This document shows, piece by piece, positions 40,051 through 52,860 of a stretch of 64,000 nucleotides of DNA. Position numbers and translations under genes: made by a program. The notes under the pieces were generated by a model, which was given only the letters and a program-made list of their open reading frames with translations, had not been told where the DNA came from and made no database searches. Every line of letters starts with the position of its first letter. The stretch's first letter is position 1. This DNA comes from Octopus sinensis. Its lineage: Eukaryota. The stretch is taken from NCBI RefSeq assembly GCF_006345805.1, contig NC_043009.1, forward strand, positions 32,922,001 to 32,986,000, in the 5' to 3' direction.

Positions 40051-41700
40051 GAGTGAGAGAGCAGTGCATGCCATCAAAGTGACACTGGGGTAAATTAAAC
40101 GAGGCCCAGTATACCCATCGTGACTACCTGTCTGTTAAGGGTACACTAGGCACATGCATCACAACCATATGTGCGCGACATTGTGATCTCATCTCAAGAT
40201 AAACAGCACATGACCTTACAGATGGGGACCAGTTGGAATTTTATTCTGGTAGAGTAACTCATGATTCCCCACTCTCAGTTCAGTTCTCCAACATTTCACA
40301 ATGTTTCATATAAGGTTTCTCATGTTTCCTGCTTTTCCATACATTTTCATTGTTCTTCTTATCCAGGAATGTGGTATCATATCGTAGGCTTTATGATAGC
40401 CGATCCATGCCAAGCTCAGGTTTGAGTATCTTCTCTTATAATTACTGATACTTACATTATCAATTAACAGTTGATCTTTCGTTGCCTGGATGTCATTCCG
40501 GCACCCTTCTGTTCAGTAGGTAGCAGCCCACTTTTTCTAAGTTTATACAGTTCACTAGCCACATTGGAGAAAGATACATTGTTGGTCGAAAGTTGGATGT
40601 AACATTTCCCTTTTCGGGATCCTTGTCCCATAACAATGTTTTTCCTTTTGTCATCGAGCTGGGTGCTGCGCCTTCCTGCAAACACTCATCTAGCTGTTGT
40701 GCTATCCTTTCATGGAACCCTCTCAGCTTCTTCATCCAATATCCTTGGACACTATCCGGCCTTAGGTTCTTCTAATGTGAGATTTTCCTTAACTGTCCTT
40801 TTATAATTTCTGTAATTATTTTTAGTTTGTCTTGACCTTGTATATTTCTTAACTTATCTTGGATTTCATGCAGCCACTCCGCTTTATCATCATGCTTTAG
40901 AGGTTGATTCCAGATCCCTCCCCATAATGCTCTGCTTTCGTTTGCATCTAATAATGTTAATGTTAGGTGTGATTGCCTATTCAGTTCTTGAAACAGTTTT
41001 TCTTCTGATTGGCTTCTAGCAATCTACTCTGCCTGAATTGATTTCTTCTACTGTCATATCCTTCCAGTTTTGCCTCGTTTGCTACGACTCTTTATTTTCA
41101 TCCTTCTAATACCACACCATACCCTTTATCGCTTATTCTATATGTTCTTTCAAGTCTTGTTTTATGCTTTTGCTTTGCAATTTCTCTCTTTTCAAACTAT
41201 CAATTTACCCACATATCTTAAACTTTGTTTTAACAAATCCCTCTACGCCAGTATGGTTATTTGCACTCTGTATTCTCATTTTCTATCCACATCTGTCTGC
41301 AGCAACCATAGCTGCAGCTCTTACAATCTTGTTGTTTTCAGTAATATTTCCAGCCAAGAATTGTCCAAAGATAGAATCTATCTCTTTGGTTGTAGCGTTT
41401 AGCTTGCACCTATCAACAAACCTCAGATTTTGATCTGGTCTTCCCTAATATGTCGGCGCATCATCCTCATTGTGACCTGTTGATCATTATCGTATTCTTG
41501 TAATACAGATCTTACTTTTATCCTCTCGGGAGCCGGAAAATATTGTCTGAAGATTCTTCTTCTTCTCTTTTTCTGAATTGTATCAGTGACTTGAAGATTC
41601 CTCTTTGTCACATTGAGTCATGCTCATTTGGTTTGCATATTAAGTTACACTTATCTATCACGAGCTCGAAGAGATGTGTGATCATCGTGCTGACTGATGG
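40051..41700 (-). mobile_element. R4/Dong-like retrotransposon, internally deleted (N-terminal region and RT start joined to a probable 3' UTR)
   Basis: Minus translation PDSVQGYWMKKL...MTKGKTLL..KDPEKGNVTSNFRPT..L, then EQKGCR..ATKDQLLID and AWIGYHKAYDMIPHSWI (40361-40410); coding similarity stops at ~40260 and 40051-40260 runs into (AAT)n. Confidence 0.85.
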
Positions 41701-42718
41701 AGGTCCACCATTGCTTTTTCTTATATTTTATAGAAGAGATATCATAATTGCCTAAAATTGAAAGACTTACTAAATCAAACAAGAGAAGAAATACATTTTC
41801 GGTAAACGTTTTACTTTTTCTATTTGGCTTTCAGATTTGTTCTGAAGAACATTTAAGACACATGCACTGTGTTGATAGTTGAAGCATTAATAACTAATAC
41901 ATGTTGGTGAATACTGACATTAGCAAAATAGCGAGATAGACGACAAGTTTGTTCTTTCTTTACATTTGATTGAAGGACATCATTGCTTCATTTCGGCTTT
42001 TGGACAAACTTCGAAATTCCCTCTTTATTCCCCTCCCTTTATCTATGTCTCTCCTCCCCCCTCTCTCTCTTTCCCTCTGATGTAATTACTGCTTTTGTAC
42101 TCACCAAAACTTACGTCATCCCTACAGATTCACAGAAGAATATCCATATTGCATTGAATCTGCGATGTTTTCAATATTATTTTGTTGCTTTTATTTGTAT
42201 TTCGCTGATTCAATTCCCGACACTTGTTTAGCTTCTGGAACACCCAATAAGCTGGTTCAGGAACAAAGGTAAAATCTTCTCCGCATTCAAGTTACTGAGG
42301 GAGTTCGACATTGAAATGTAGGTTTTGGAAACCTGTCTAATCATTGGTTCATTACTTTGACAACATTATGTGTCAGGTTTGTAAATTTTCCAGAAAAGCT
42401 ATTTCGATGCATTTGTGCCTTTCTGGGAAAATTTTACTTCATCACATAGAATAACTTTAATTCAGTCGAGAGCAGAAAAAGGGATGGTGTGAATTTAAAT
42501 CCTCTCCCAGGGTCTACAAAATAAAGTACCTGTCACGTACTGACCTAAACTTAATAGACCATTGCCAAAATCATAAAGTATTTTGTCATTCAATGGCATT
42601 GGGCAGGATAGATTTTACAAATAATTACATTATTCGCATAGTAATTAGTATTTGTCTAGAGCCAGAATTTGGTTTTTACGACTAATCTTGGAGGCATGAA
42701 ATTTTCATTTACAGAAAT

Positions 42719-42790
<72 letters not shown>

Positions 42791-43012
42791 ATTATGCATT
42801 ATGTATGTACTTATGTGTGTATGCATATATGTATATATTCTACCTCCATGTTATTTAATGTAGCTCATACTTTTGTACTCCTCATTCAGAAACTCTCTTC
42901 GTGGTTAGTCTCCTACTGCCACCACTCAGCCCGTTCTATTTAACGATCTCAGCCAGTCTCATTTCACTCATGTTCTATCTACTCTCTCTCTCTCTCTCTC
43001 TCTCTATCTCTT

Positions 43013-43062
<50 letters not shown>

Positions 43063-44760
43063 CACTATATGCAGCTCTTCCTTCCCACAAAATAGATTAT
43101 CTGTCCTTGTCGTTGTCCATGGTTTTCCTTTAGTCCTGAACCCATATATATTCAAGGGAATCCTTAATCTCACGGACCCCAAGTATGACGCCGGTGCTAT
43201 AAGCGCCAGTGTAGGAGCTACCATATTGTTTAGACAGATCAATTTAAAAAGGGACAAATTACTAATTAGATTATTAGCATAACTGAAAATTCTGGTTTAA
43301 TCTTACCAAATTAGCTGTATAGTTCTTGAAGCAAAAATAACATATTCTAAGGCGTAAAAATGATGGAAGCGCTTGAACATGTAATAGAATTACTGTGAAT
43401 GATAGTTTCAGATTCCTACATCCTGAATTCAATTTTCGCTGATATCACGTACGCTTTCCTTCACCTCGGGATTGATAAAGCAATAGTACAGCACAAGACC
43501 CGAATCTTGTTATTTGTTCTGAATGAAATCTTCTAGGGTCATCGATGGAGAAGGTTGACTTAGGATTAAAAACTCAAAACATGTTTAGTGTCAAGTCATC
43601 TGCTACAATCCATTGGGAGTCTGGAGGACAACAGAGAACACAAATCTGGAAACAGAAGTCTTTAGTTTCCAAACTGTCCATATTTATGCTATAATAAAGC
43701 AGTTTATAAATTAGTTTCGAGTATGTAGCTTATACTAAAAGGTAGTCATTATTAAGTCCACACTGACAAATATTGTAAACCGATATTTACGAATCACATA
43801 TTTGCCGGTAACTTTTAAATAAAGTATAGGTTATAAACAGAATAGTGAGCGATTTTAGGTTTCGATTCAGCCACTAATATTCCCATTAACCTAGCTATTG
43901 CAGAGTCTAGTCTTACTCTGCGCGGACTATAAACATCCTAAGTAGAATTGCAGTCTTCAATGTTTTAACTCTGCTATCATCATTTCATTAGAAGTTAGCT
44001 ATGAACATAAGACAGCTTAATGAATCCATATGCCTTCATTACTTAATGTTAAATAGAGATCAAGAAACGATAAAGTGGAATGTTATGCTTAATGCGAAAT
44101 TGTAAGTTCGTTTGGAAACTTACAACTATTAGGAAAGTACGATTAACCGTCCAATGTGCTCACTTATATCTTTTGTACTGATCAAATTGGATTCAATTAC
44201 GTTTTAAGGGTCAGATCTGAACGATCGGCAAATCTCCCTCTGGGCCTGCCAATAAAAATAAGTAGGTAAATATAGAATACTTTCAGTGAATCGGCTGGAT
44301 ATAATACTGAATCGTATTTAGAGAGAAATATATCGTTAACAATAACACGAAATAAAGAAAACTTGGAGGTTAAAAACAGTCGAACTTAATAACAGTTTTG
44401 AACATTAGGCTTAAAAGCATTTTGGTAAGTGAAGCCATATATGTGTCGGAAGAACTGAGAATAGAAGATACAGTTGTTTGGAATATAATATATCATTATG
44501 TAATATTTGTTGAAAGGAAAATGTCTTCTGCAACAAATATATAATGTAGATGTAACAAGTGTGGTATAAAAGTGTTTTCGAGAGGAAAACTTTCTGCATG
44601 AAATCATTATAAACGTTAGTTATTAGTAAAATATAACAGAGGTGGCAATATCTGTGTGTGCGTGAGTGTGTGCGCATATAGTATATATTCTATGTATACA
44701 TATATATGTATGTATATATAGAGAGAGAGGAGAGAGAGAGAGGAAGGGAGAAATACATAC

Positions 44761-44834
<74 letters not shown>

Positions 44835-44929
44835 ATGTGTGTGTGTGTGTGTATACATAGAGTCCTCCAATTCTGTTGGTAGTGATCTCGCCGTTTATTC
44901 AAACTGTCAGTCTCTGTTATGGGAGTAAA

Positions 44930-45330
44930 ATGAAATGTCGAAGTCTCATTAGGATAGTTTTCCGTAACCATGGTGTAAAAAGGATTGTTGCATTTTTTCT
45001 TCTTTTCATATTATCTACAAAGGCACCAAGGATTCAAATCCTTTAGCAAGCATTCTCTGAATAGGTTCGTCCCTCGGCCCTTGCACTCCATAATCTAATC
45101 TGCTCAGCAACACCTTCTTTTTTGTATGGATGTTACCCCATGTATCATTTTGCTCCACATTTTGTTTGAGCGCCCAATAGACATAAACGATAATGATAGA
45201 AATTTGCACGTTATTTTGTGATTGTATTCTTATGACCATGGTTACCTAGTCATATATAGATTTCTCATCGGTTCGACTTCAACATCAACTTTACTCCTCA
45301 TCCTGTCTTCATTAATAAAATTGTGTTTAA
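44930..45330 (-). mobile_element. decayed apurinic-endonuclease region of an RTE-like LINE
   Basis: MVIRIQSQNNVQISIIIVYV resembles RIxxxRL...ITIIQVYAP; DYGVQGPRDEPIQRML resembles GxxGxGxRNExGxRL. Confidence 0.45.
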
Positions 45331-46069
45331 GATATTTAAATCTGTTGAACACCATTTACAAGCCATGAGGTCGGTTTCGTCAGTTTCTCTTCGTCAATGC
45401 CAACTCATGGCTATGCCATGAATTTAATCAGCAAAACTTTTTGCATATGCCTACAAGTTGAGAAAAGCATTGAGTTTTAGACTTCTTTTGCTTTTTTTTT
45501 TTTTTGCTTTTACTCAGGATTGGAGTGGAACGGCAAATGACATAAGCCTCTTCGTAAGCTAGAATTTACTGAAATTACACCAGTTGTTAAGAACACGGCG
45601 AAACGTTGCCAGTACAGAGTAGAAAAAGTAAGGATGATATTTTAATTGTGGTATTAGACACATGACCAATAATGCAGAACAGGATTGTATGACAATATGA
45701 CTGGTACTTAATTTGTTGATCTAAGAGAGCTACAATATATTGTTCTTATCACATAATTATTGTGCAGCCATAACTTAATGATGTTTAGCGTTTGGCGTAT
45801 GTTTATTGTGGCGTGGTTCAAACATAAGCCAAACACTAAATATCAGTCTTTGGCAGCGGAATAACATGGAAGTTAAAAGTCTTCGAGTTACACAGATTCT
45901 TTCGTGTGAATAGAAGCAGTTGATAGTTAGCACATGTGTGAATCTAATTCAATATTTGGCATTATTTTGTTTAAACTAGAGATTGGCAAAGAACGTAAAA
46001 GCATGGGATGGGAGTAGAATATGGAAGGAAAAAGAAAGAAAAGAAAGGAAAACAAGGAAAGGAAATGGA

Positions 46070-46290
46070 CAATATTGATGATGATGATGACGAAGACGAC
46101 GACCACCACCACCACGATGAAGATGATGATGATGATAATGAACATCATCCTTATCCTCATCTTCATCAACACCATCACCACTGCTACCACCATCAATCCC
46201 ACCACGGTATCGGTAGTGGTGGCGGTGCGATGGTGGTGGCGGAGACGTTGACGAGAGCGACGACAACAATAATGATGATTATAATGATAG
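46070..46290. repeat. (GAT)n/(CAC)n/(GGT)n compound microsatellite
   Basis: Direct reading; source of the poly-D/H ORF. Confidence 0.9.
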
Positions 46291-47034
46291 TGAGGAAGAT
46301 AAGAAGAAAGTGTTGAAGCGGTGCACGAAGATAAAAAGACTGCTGACGTTGATGGAATAGATATTATCTTTCAGCAGTGGTAAAATGATTGGAAATGTGT
46401 TTACTAATTGGAGGAATAATTATGGGGCAGCCAATTCGAAATACTAAGAAACCATTGAAATAGTTCTCAACTCGTGGAAATGATTAAAGAACATTTGATT
46501 TATGAATGTCTAGCATGACTTAAGATTAACATGTTATTTCCCACATGATTTTATTTATAAAGTTCATTTTTCATCGAGTTTAGTTCCGTAATTGAATCTT
46601 GGAGACTCACCAATTTGAAGGTGTTTTTGTTTTTTTATGGGTTGTTTGTTTTATTTTTCTCGTGGAATTACAGATTGTAATATCTTGGAAAAATGTAATT
46701 CTTAATAAACACTGATCGTTATTTCGAATCAATGTTAACAAGATTAGATGGGTTATTAAAATTAGCCATTGCTCTCGTTGTTGTATTGATTGTATTAATT
46801 TCTTAAAGATAGCTATGGTATTTATCATTTCATGCATATATTTTATCTGGATGAAGTAAAAATGTTTAAAAGTTTACAAAATATGCCAGAGTTACTAGGC
46901 AACGTCTATTAAATATAAGGTATGGTTTCTAAAAGCAAATATAAGTTTTCAACTCATAGTAAATTCTGACATATATTATAGTGTCGTGCACGTAGGATAT
47001 ATGTAGAAGACTGTAGCCTATAAATATTCTTTTC

Positions 47035-47172
47035 TACTCTAGGCACAAGGCCCGACATTTTTGGGGTAGGGGCCAGTCGATTAGATCGACCCCAGTACGC
47101 AACTGGTACTAAATTTATCAACCCTGAAAGGATGAAAGGCAAAGACGACCTCGGCGCAATTTGAATTCAAAA
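47035..47172 (-). mobile_element. SINE family A body and 3' end
   Basis: Reverse complement TGAATTCAAATTGCGCCGAGGTCGTCTTTGCCTTTCATCCTTTCAGGGTTGATAAATTTAGTACCAGTTGCGTACTGGGGTCGATCTAATCGACT matches 63866-63960. Confidence 0.85.
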
Positions 47173-47339
47173 GCATGTAAATATTGCATACATTAGGATG
47201 GTGTTGTATGCGATGATCGACTGCATTTTTTCATTTAAATACTCGTCGAAAGCTTGTTCTAGTTGAGAGGGGCTAAAATCTAAATTCAATAATAATGGAA
47301 AGTCATTTGATCAAAATGTTTGGACTTCACAAATAAGGC

Positions 47340-48930
47340 GGTTTTGAATGAATCTAGTTGCTGAAGAAAATTGTAACAAACATAATTTAGAGAAAGGACA
47401 GAATTTTAAAGGCAGGAAGATCATCGATGGTTTGGTGCAGGACCCAGAGTCACTCCTGAAAGTTAAAAGGAGCAGCAGGGAGAAATGGTGCGGGACCAAC
47501 TTGGAGATATTAATCCATGTGAAACCAGACAATATCGTGAAGATCCCGGTCCTGTTCCAGCTGCCCAAAGGGGTGCAACTGCGTGTCGTCGTGGAAGGTA
47601 GGAAGCCCAGCTATGACGCTTTTGGGGGCACAAGGTACCTGAGAGCCTTCTTCCTTCAAAAGTCGGGAGGTACGCGGCCAAACCAGCAGCCTATAACGCA
47701 CCCCCAACAACAGAGACATTTTGATAGAACTACAGCCTCACTCCTAATAACAACAGAGGCACGTGAACACGATACAATGGGAAATACCACCCAGGATATC
47801 TGTCAAACTAACCCCCACATCACCCCCTCTATTAAGCATACATTCACACAATCACTCTCGCATTATCACAGATACACTCACACTCCCTGCAACTGACCAT
47901 ACAGATGCTAACCACTACTCATCACGTAGTGAAGACGAAGAAAAACCCTACAAATAAACGAAAAAAGGCAAAGGAAACAGAAAACAAAAGAACCTGCATA
48001 AACAGTCGCAAGCACAGAAACCCCAGCACCTCGACCATAGACACAGCGACAACAGCACCAGCACTTCCAACCCCACAACCACCACTAGCCCAACCAAATC
48101 CACCAAATATCAACTAGGAGATGTCAGTGTGCCTGCAGTTCGGCTCCTGGAGAAGCAGGTCTATGCCAACAGACAGTGTTGTAAGGCGCTGGACGGAAGG
48201 ACCGGTTAGATTGCTCGGGGTCTGGTTTGGTTCAGATCTCCAGGTGGACAATAGCTGGGAGGAGGTGACGAGCAGGGGTGTGCGCAGGACGATGAAACCG
48301 CATTGCATGCACTCGTCCAGTGTTTGTGCATTACTGATCTGCGGAAGAGATGTTGTCAAGTATAGGACGGATCCGTTTATAAGCCGAGTCCATTTTGATG
48401 ATCGCGCCGCCACCTTATTTTGGCCGGGAGGGAACGGCAGTTATCCTCTGCCTGGCTGCTATAGTGAAAGAGGTAGTGTGGTGGACGAGGTTGATAGGAC
48501 TGAAGACACACACTTTCCTCTTTCCACTTCCCTCATCGAATTTTTAAGTTTCACTTGAAAAGGGAAGTGAGGTTAGAGAGGGAAGTACTGCCCCACCCCC
48601 AGTAAGTTTGTTGAACGGTGGGTGAATGTTGCGAAAAAGGTTCATGGGAATGGGCCAACACTGAATATTCGTCTGTAAGCCAGAGCAGTTGAGGGGAAGA
48701 GGAGTGCTGACCTGGAGCACTCTTGGCAGTTGGGGTAACCAGAATGTGTGGCTACCCTGGTCGGCCCAGGGTGAAACTCCCCACTTTCGGGGAATTTAGT
48801 TGTTTAAGTTTTGATGTTGTTCACTGTCTTTGTTTTTGTTTATATTGTTTACATATTTTTCTGTTTTAAACCCCACTTGTCCCTTCTTTAGTATCGTCCC
48901 TAATTGTTTTTGTGGCTAATAAAGAAATTA
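47340..48930 (+). mobile_element. L1/Tx1-like LINE, internally deleted: ORF1 (47348-47896) with degenerate zinc knuckle, ORF2 remnants, 3' UTR
   Basis: ORF1 VVVEGRKPSYDAFGGTRYLRAFFLQK lines up with a CX2CX4HX4C knuckle position; ORF2 pieces WTEGPVRLLGVWFG...SWEEV (~48190-48270) and FKFHLKREVRLEREVL...FVERWVNVA (~48543-48630); ends in AATAAAGAAAT plus (TTG)n. Confidence 0.75.
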
Positions 48931-48967
48931 TTGTTGTTGTTGTTGTTATAACAATGACAATGATGCA

Positions 48968-49012
<45 letters not shown>

Positions 49013-49200
49013 GATGATGATGAGAATAATGATAATGATAATTATGAATATGATGCAGATGATGGTGATGATGTAGATGATGATGATGATGAAGTGCAGG
49101 AAGAGAGGGAGGAGGAGTAAGAGAAGTAGGGGAACGATGAGGAAGAGTAGGATAACGCCATTGAGAGTGACAACAATGATGATAAAGATATTAACAGAAC
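48930..49200. repeat. (TTG)n/(GAT)n/(GGA)n compound microsatellite
   Basis: Direct reading. Confidence 0.9.
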
Positions 49201-49984
49201 TAGATGAGCCATTGTCTGACATTTTAATACTCGACATCGACAGGCCTGAAAAAAAATAGCGAATAAAATAATGTTATTTTGCATTTGATGAGGAAAACAT
49301 GAAAATAAACGGAGAGGAAATGCACAAACAACTAGAATGCATTATATTAACTCGAGAAACAACAACAACCACATCGACAACAATAGCAGTAACAGCAACG
49401 TAAAATAAACATGGCACATCATAACACCGAACAAAAAAATGAGAAAATAAAACAACCTCAGGAATGAGCAAATGTAAAAATTAAAACTTTGATTAATAAA
49501 TAAGCAAAGAATTAGAAAAAATAAAACATGGACTAGTTTAATCGTTCTTTGTTTCCAGTTTTTAATTTTTTTCAGCTTTTAAGTGCAATGGTACTTTTTG
49601 TGTTTTTCCTTTTTGCGTGAACCGGAAGCAGCCTTATTGTAACATGTCGAATATCTGAAGCGAAGAGCATCGACTGGCTTTGAGGTTACTGGTGCACAAA
49701 AATGCATTCTTTTAGAAACAAAGAATTTGTCTGCAGCCAATGGGAACTACACGAGTGTAGTGTTTCCATGATTGCACACTTGTACAAACAAACACACACA
49801 AACATCGCTCACAAATGCATACACACAAATAAATACACACTCTATATGTGAGTAAATATAGATTGATAGATAGGTAGATATACAAGATACACAAGCATAT
49901 ATATGCATACTTATATATATATACATACATATTTATATATTTATATATATATGTATGTATGTATACATATGGTATTGAGTATTC

Positions 49985-50584
<600 letters not shown>

Positions 50585-51111
50585 CATATATAAATACATA
50601 ACTATAAAATAAATACACGGGTGACATTCCGTTACAACGAAGTTGCCAGGATACAAAGATAGCGTCCCTCAAAAGGAAAAATCCGTTCTAAGATCACCAA
50701 AACCAAAAGGCAAACTCAATTTCCTGTGCATATGATAAAAAATATTTAAGTTGGACAGTAAGGGCAGCAATGAATCAGAATATTTTCTATAATACATGAA
50801 CCATTAGTTAAACGAAAGCGTTTCATCGGGGACCATCTTATTTGTTAAAATATCAGAGGTTTCTCTTCCAAATTCGATCCAACCACAATCATTTTTTTAG
50901 TTTGTGTCCTAATTGATATTCTTTATTGTTTGTATGTCTATCTTTATAGATCTGTCTCCAAATTTTTTTTTTCTCCATTGTAGCGAGAAAGTTTGTCTGC
51001 TAGTAACTCAATTTTGTGTCGTTGTACTGCAATATTCCTTGTAGCGTATTGCGTATTGAAGAAACTCCGCATTGCTTGAATGGAATTATAGCCGGAGTTT
51101 GAAAAATTGTA

Positions 51112-51302
51112 TCTGACCAACTGACCAATCGATCTTTTGCTTAATGTGCTGATTAAAGAATCAATCGGTTGTTTGTTAATCAAAGTCCTTTTGTTGCTAT
51201 TCGTGACCTTCTCAGTCACTGACGAAAGGACTGACTAACAAACAGCCGATTGATTGCTTAACCAGCCCATTAAACGAACAATTGATTAGTTAGTTGGTTA
51301 GA
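51112..51302. mobile_element. 191-bp fold-back MITE flanked by TA (Tc1/mariner-type target site)
   Basis: Arms of ~80 bp are reverse complements with scattered mismatches (e.g. AATCAATCGGTTGTTTGTTA versus TAACAAACAGCCGATTGATT); TA at 51110-51111 and 51303-51304. Confidence 0.75.
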
Positions 51303-51850
51303 TATATTTAACCAATGGACTAACAATAAGGAAGAGCAAAATATCGTTATACTGGAAAGTTCGTCATACCGAAATTTCACCATTATCCGAACACATGTAC
51401 ACACACAAATATATTTTCTACGAATATGAATCCAGAAATTTCAGAGACGGAAACCGCCGACCATAGCTCCCCCAGTACTTCACTGGTTAGTAAAGTATCG
51501 GCCCAGCAGGGTGCTTATCTTGGCGGGATTCGAAATTCGTAGACCAAGGGCCATAACTGAAAGTAACATTATTCCTTATAGGCTAAAGCTTCTGCTAATC
51601 AACAATTTCCAACTTATTCCCCCTGTTATAGGCATATACATATACGCACATAGGATGAACTTCGTAGTCGTAAACGATTGAAGAGGTGTCTGCAGCTTTT
51701 GTTCAACATGCTGCGTAGAAGATTTGTTTATAATAATCAAAAAATTGTGCTAAACATTAGCTCACTCATTCCATCAAATCGACATTGCCTGTGCAGATTC
51801 AGTGTGTCATGCAATCAAAACTGCCACAACATCTTGCGATATATAATATA

Positions 51851-52387
51851 TATATATATATATATAGTTCAATTTTATATCTTGAGATATATATATATAT
51901 ATAAATAGTTCAATCTTATACAAAAACAAAAGACGAAGACAGGTGTAAGAACAAGCAAGTGTATTAATTTGACGCTTGGGAAAAATGAAAAAGTCTTTTA
52001 TGTTTCGAGCCTATGCTTCAACAAAAAGGAATAAGAGGAAATAAATACAGAGAGAATGAAGAAAAACGAGTAGAGTTCAGAGGTCCAGCATGGCGAATGA
52101 TTATACGATGTTTATGTGCGCATATATATATATATATAGTTCAATTTTATATCTTGAGATATATATATATATAAATAGTTCAATCTTATACAAAAACAAA
52201 AGACGAAGACAGGTGTAAGAACAAGCAAGTGTATTAATTTGACGCTTGGGAAAAATGAAAAAGTCTTTTATGTTTCGAGCCTATGCTTCAACAAAAAGGA
52301 ATAAGAGGAAATAAATACAGAGAGAATGAAGAAAAACGAGTAGAGTTCAGAGGTCCAGCATGGCGAATGATTATACGATGTTTATGT

Positions 52388-52420
<33 letters not shown>
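51851..52420. repeat. near-perfect tandem duplication (~270-bp unit) bounded by (TA)n
   Basis: 51867-52121 equals 52139-52391 except for one AT unit in an internal (AT)n run. Confidence 0.95.
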
Positions 52421-52424
<4 letters not shown>

Positions 52425-52860
52425 GTGACTAAAAAAAATCTTTGAATAAAACTGTTTGAAATAAACAACGCAGAGGAATAGATCGAGATGAATAGTGGTT
52501 CCAGCAAGATGGGGCCACCTTCCACGCACCAAATGACTCCATAGCCTGGCTGAGAGAGCGATTTCAAGAAAGACTGATCAGCAGGAAGTGTGACATTGAT
52601 TGGGCACCGTATTCACTGGACTTGATCGCCCCATCCCCCACCAGATTTTGTCTGTTGTATCTCAAGGATAATGTTTACGAGAACAACCCTCAGACGATTG
52701 GTGAACTGAAGGCAATAGTAACAACAGAAATCAAGAAAACTCCCAAAGAGGAGTGTGTTCGAATAACTGACAATTTTTCGCGGCGTATGCAAGTGTTTGC
52801 GCGACGTATGCCATTTGGAGTATATTTTGAAAAGAACATAACTTTTATGCAAAAGAAACA
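52421..52860 (+). mobile_element. Tc1/mariner transposase C-terminal fragment (likely DD41D/rosa-like) with a putative 5' TIR
   Basis: WFQQDGATFH...DWAPYSLDL...YLKDNVYENNPQTIGELK; starts TA|CAGAGTGACT after a (TA)n run; N-terminal half absent. Confidence 0.85.
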
